NCBI RefSeq assembly: GCF_006345805.1 | Contig: NC_042999.1 | Coordinates: 156,674,001-156,738,000 of the forward strand | Direction: 5' to 3' | DNA length: 64,000 nt | From: Octopus sinensis | Taxonomy: Eukaryota | Shown: positions 60,709-64,000 of the stretch, one piece after another | How positions within the stretch are numbered: position 1 is the stretch's first letter | Layout: each line of letters starts with the position of its first letter | The notes under the pieces: model-generated | Seen by the model: only the letters and a program-made list of their open reading frames with translations | Told to the model about the DNA's origin: nothing | Database searches by the model: none | Position numbers and translations under genes: made by a program

Positions 60709-61505
60709 TTCTAGATGAAAATAAAAACTAGGAAGAAAGGGTGCAGATAGAACTTTGCAATAAGTAGAAGTTATAAAGCTATAGTTAGAAGAAATCAATA
60801 ATTCTCTGTGTTGTTGTGGCAGCAATAACAAATTCAAATTGGAGATTTTTTTTACAATTTTTACAATAGCTTTCCTTGGAAGATAAGATAAGACTGCAAA
60901 AGAGTGTGCAAAAAAAAATTTGGTCATTTCTAAATACAAATGAACAACTTCATGAAATGTGACTGTCATGTAACAGGCAAGCAAGTGTGTTATCTCCATA
61001 ATCACAAGAATTGTTGATTTGCATGTGTATGAGACAATTTAGTAAAAAGAGAAAGTTATGTTTGTTAGAATATTGTGAAGAGGAAAATATTTAATTCCAC
61101 ATATCACACTTTGTCAGAGGATGAGAAAATATAAGAAAATTTAGTATGATAGAAAGACAGTGAGAGACAATAAATAGAGAGAGAGAGATGGGGAGGATGT
61201 TAAAAGATATGACATAGGGAATGGGGCAATAAAAAGTAGTAACAAGATAAAAAATATATCTGTAATGGAAGATGTAAAAGTTGAACTGCCAAGATAAGAT
61301 TCCTGTTTAAAGAATAAAAAAAGAAATATAATATTAATTTAAAAAAGAAATTAATAATAAGTGGCATGCAGTAAAAGAAAGAAGAGAGCAAAAGAAGCAA
61401 AGAAGAGCAAGTAAAAATGCAATGAAGAGAATTGAAAAGAGCAAGAATAAGCAAGAATATTGGATTAAAGGGTAAGTTGCTCAATTAGTTCACAAAGAGT
61501 ACACA

Positions 61506-61880
61506 GGCGCAGGAGTGGCTGGGTGGTAAGTAGCTTGTTTACCAGCCACATGGTTCCGGGTTCAGTCCCACTGCGTGGCACCTTGGGCAAATGTCTTCTA
61601 CTATAGCCTCGGGCCGACCAAAGCCTTGTGAGTGGATTTGGTAGACGGAAACTGAAAGAAGCCCATCGTATATATGTAAATATATATGTATGTGCGTGTA
61701 TGTTTGTGTGTTTGTGTTTGTCCCCCTAGCGTTGCTTGACAACCGATGCTGGTGTGTTTACGTCGCCGTCACTTAGCGGTTCGGCAAAAGAAACCGATAG
61801 AATAAGTACTGGGCTTACAAAGAATAAGTCCCGGGGTCGAGTTGCTCGATTAAAGGCGGTGCTCCAGCATGGCTGCAGTC
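61506..61880 (+). mobile_element. SINE family A, tail truncated
   Basis: Match through ccagcatggctgcagtc. Confidence 0.9.
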
Positions 61881-61975
61881 CTTGACATTCGGCATATAGA
61901 TTGTCACCCATAAGCAACTTAGACACTTCATAACAAACTTACACAGGAACCTCAAAAAATAAAAGCCCCCTTTAA

Positions 61976-62180
61976 CCCTTTCATTACTCTATTTATTTTG
62001 AGATGCTCTGTATTTCTTTCAATTACTTTAGATGTAACAAAGAATTTAGTAAAATAAGCTAGTGTTAGAAACATAAATTGTCACTAAGGTTTGGTGGGAG
62101 ATTTTAATTCAAGACTTAAGAAAACAAGACATTTGTACTCAGAACCAGAGCCGGTTTCAGCCGGGTTGGTAATGAAAGGG
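61976..62180. mobile_element. piggyBac-like MITE family 2
   Basis: TTAA-CCCTTTCATTAC...GTAATGAAAGGG-TTAA. Confidence 0.85.
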
Positions 62181-62916
62181 TTAATGGTAACATTGCAAGC
62201 TAGACTCCTTCAACAGTTTTTATACTATACTCTATCTATAAGGACATAAAATTCTGGATAACAAATTTTGGGCCTTGTGATTTCTTATGCTTTCACATAT
62301 ATTGTTACCAAAATTGCATCAAAAACTTTGTGCTGTCCCTGTAAAACCAGAGTATGCTTTCACCCAAATCAGATGATGACTATTTTCAGGACTCAACATT
62401 GAAGTATTGCTCACATATGTGCAGTGGTGTTGCAACACACATAAGCAGTCTAAACTGTCTCCCAAAAAGGCATTGGATGATTGGAAAAGATTCCCTCACA
62501 TAAATTCTCTCTGCATCAGCAACCACTAAACTAAAAGGTTGCATATCCACTCCACTCAAAACCACTCAGCATCCTGTCTTTTTCCATGTCTCATCCCTAT
62601 TTTGTCTCATCCCTTATTTCTACACTAAACACAGCATAATCATTTTTTCTTAAAGCTACAGTTCCTTTGAATTCCTTTGGACCATTTTAAAGCAAAATTT
62701 CAAACTAAATGTCAACTGATTCAATTCCATAAGTATTGAAAAGCCTGCAAGAATTACAAGCACAGCTCTTCTGATTCTTACTGTATAAAACTAGATAAAC
62801 TGAGATTTTATGAAAAGCTTCAAATACAATACTGTGCAGAACAAATTATTTTTACTTCAGTTGAAGCATTAGATAGTCTAATTTTACATTTTTTTTTCAT
62901 TCATTTCTCCAATCTA

Positions 62917-63140
62917 TCATCATCATCATCATTGTTCGACCGTGGTCGAGACAATGGAATTTACCATGCTATGCCAGACTTCACGGTCTATCACAGCATT
63001 ACGGAGGTCCTGTTGCAGGATGCCTGTATCCCTGGAGATTACATCAGGGTAGGAGAGTGTGCACCCTCTGGTATTGCGAGTAGATGGCTTTCTAGAGGCA
63101 ATTTCTACTCTTCTCCTCTGGAAGCCATCTACTCTCCAAT
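62917..63140 (-). mobile_element. 3' end of a different (GAT)n-tailed element, probably another RTE family
   Basis: (CAT)n tail then GC-richer body unrelated to the main RTE tail; internal hairpin 63078-63134. Confidence 0.5.
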
Positions 63141-63917
63141 CTAACCTTGAACTGACAATAGTTCAGTGATAGAATTTTATGAAATCACAGGAAAAAATGG
63201 ATAATGCATTTTTTCAAATGATTCAATTTCCTAGATCTGGTGACACAGGACACATTAAAATCATTTTCCAATTCATCATTTTGATTTAATGTCACCAAAA
63301 CCTTAGCCCATATCTTAGATGAGAACCTATTACCTAAGTTGCCTTCTTCTGAGCTCTAATCATCTTTCATATTTTTTAAGCAAACACTCCTTGTCAAACT
63401 ACTCAAATGTAGCTGCTATCAATTATATGAATGATGAAAAAAATGGATGAAAAATTTTGTAGATCAAATTTTAAAACAGGGACTAAAAACTGCTTGTATG
63501 CGACACTGAAAATATTTCAGACTAAAAATCTAAATATGCTGATGCATGGGTACAGCCTATCTTTCAAAATATTGCTCATTGGCAGAAACAGTTTCTTCTG
63601 AAAAAAGAAAATAATGAATATTAGAAATGCTCTTTAGAAACAAAACTGAAGGAAACGGTAATAAAAAGTATTCTTAAAGCAGTGATGCCCCAGCATGGCT
63701 GCGGCCTTCGGGCTAAAACATTTTTAAGGATTTAAGGATTTAACTGAAAATACAATAATTAATACACACTGTATCTAATTGTATTATATGGAAATACATG
63801 TATTAATTAGTATCTATAACAACAACAATTAGTATTTAGTGTTTCACTGGGTTTTTTAGTATGTTATATAGCTCAATTAGTACTAATGTATTTGTTTTTA
63901 AGTTGTTTTTTTCTCAC

Positions 63918-64000
63918 CTTACGTACAACATAGAGTTGTAAAATAAATTTTGAAAGCATTACAAATGACAGAACAACTTGTGCTATCCATAATCCGAAGG
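63918..64000 (-). CDS. slo2: KCNT/Slo2 exon (partial, runs off window end): S1-S2 loop and S2, FGLWIAQVVLSFVMLSKFILQLYVVRK
   Basis: Open frame ending AAG|gtgaga at 63918, phase 0; resembles KCNT [25 protein letters not shown] as recalled. Confidence 0.8.

Overview
AT-rich, repeat-dense animal genomic DNA; the SINE/RTE/microsatellite repertoire looks like an octopus (coleoid cephalopod) genome, which is my inference. One host gene runs through the window on the minus strand: a divergent Slo2/KCNT (Slack/Slick-type) K+ channel. I traced 13 canonical GT-AG coding exons with consistent phases, from S2 (cut by the window end at 64000) through S4, S5, the TVGYGD pore, S6 and RCK1 to the acidic RCK1-RCK2 linker at 7800, plus a probable 54-nt exon. 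RCK2 exons were not found and probably lie left of position 1. The introns hold a near-full-length RTE LINE, many RTE 3'-tail fragments that seeded independent minisatellites, three tRNA-type SINE families, Tigger, mariner and hAT transposons (some nested), piggyBac-like MITEs, Penelope-like remnants with minimal hammerhead-ribozyme motifs, long fold-back repeats and microsatellites. Most long ORFs in the supplied track are repeat artefacts. All analysis was by eye; no database searches or folding programs were run.
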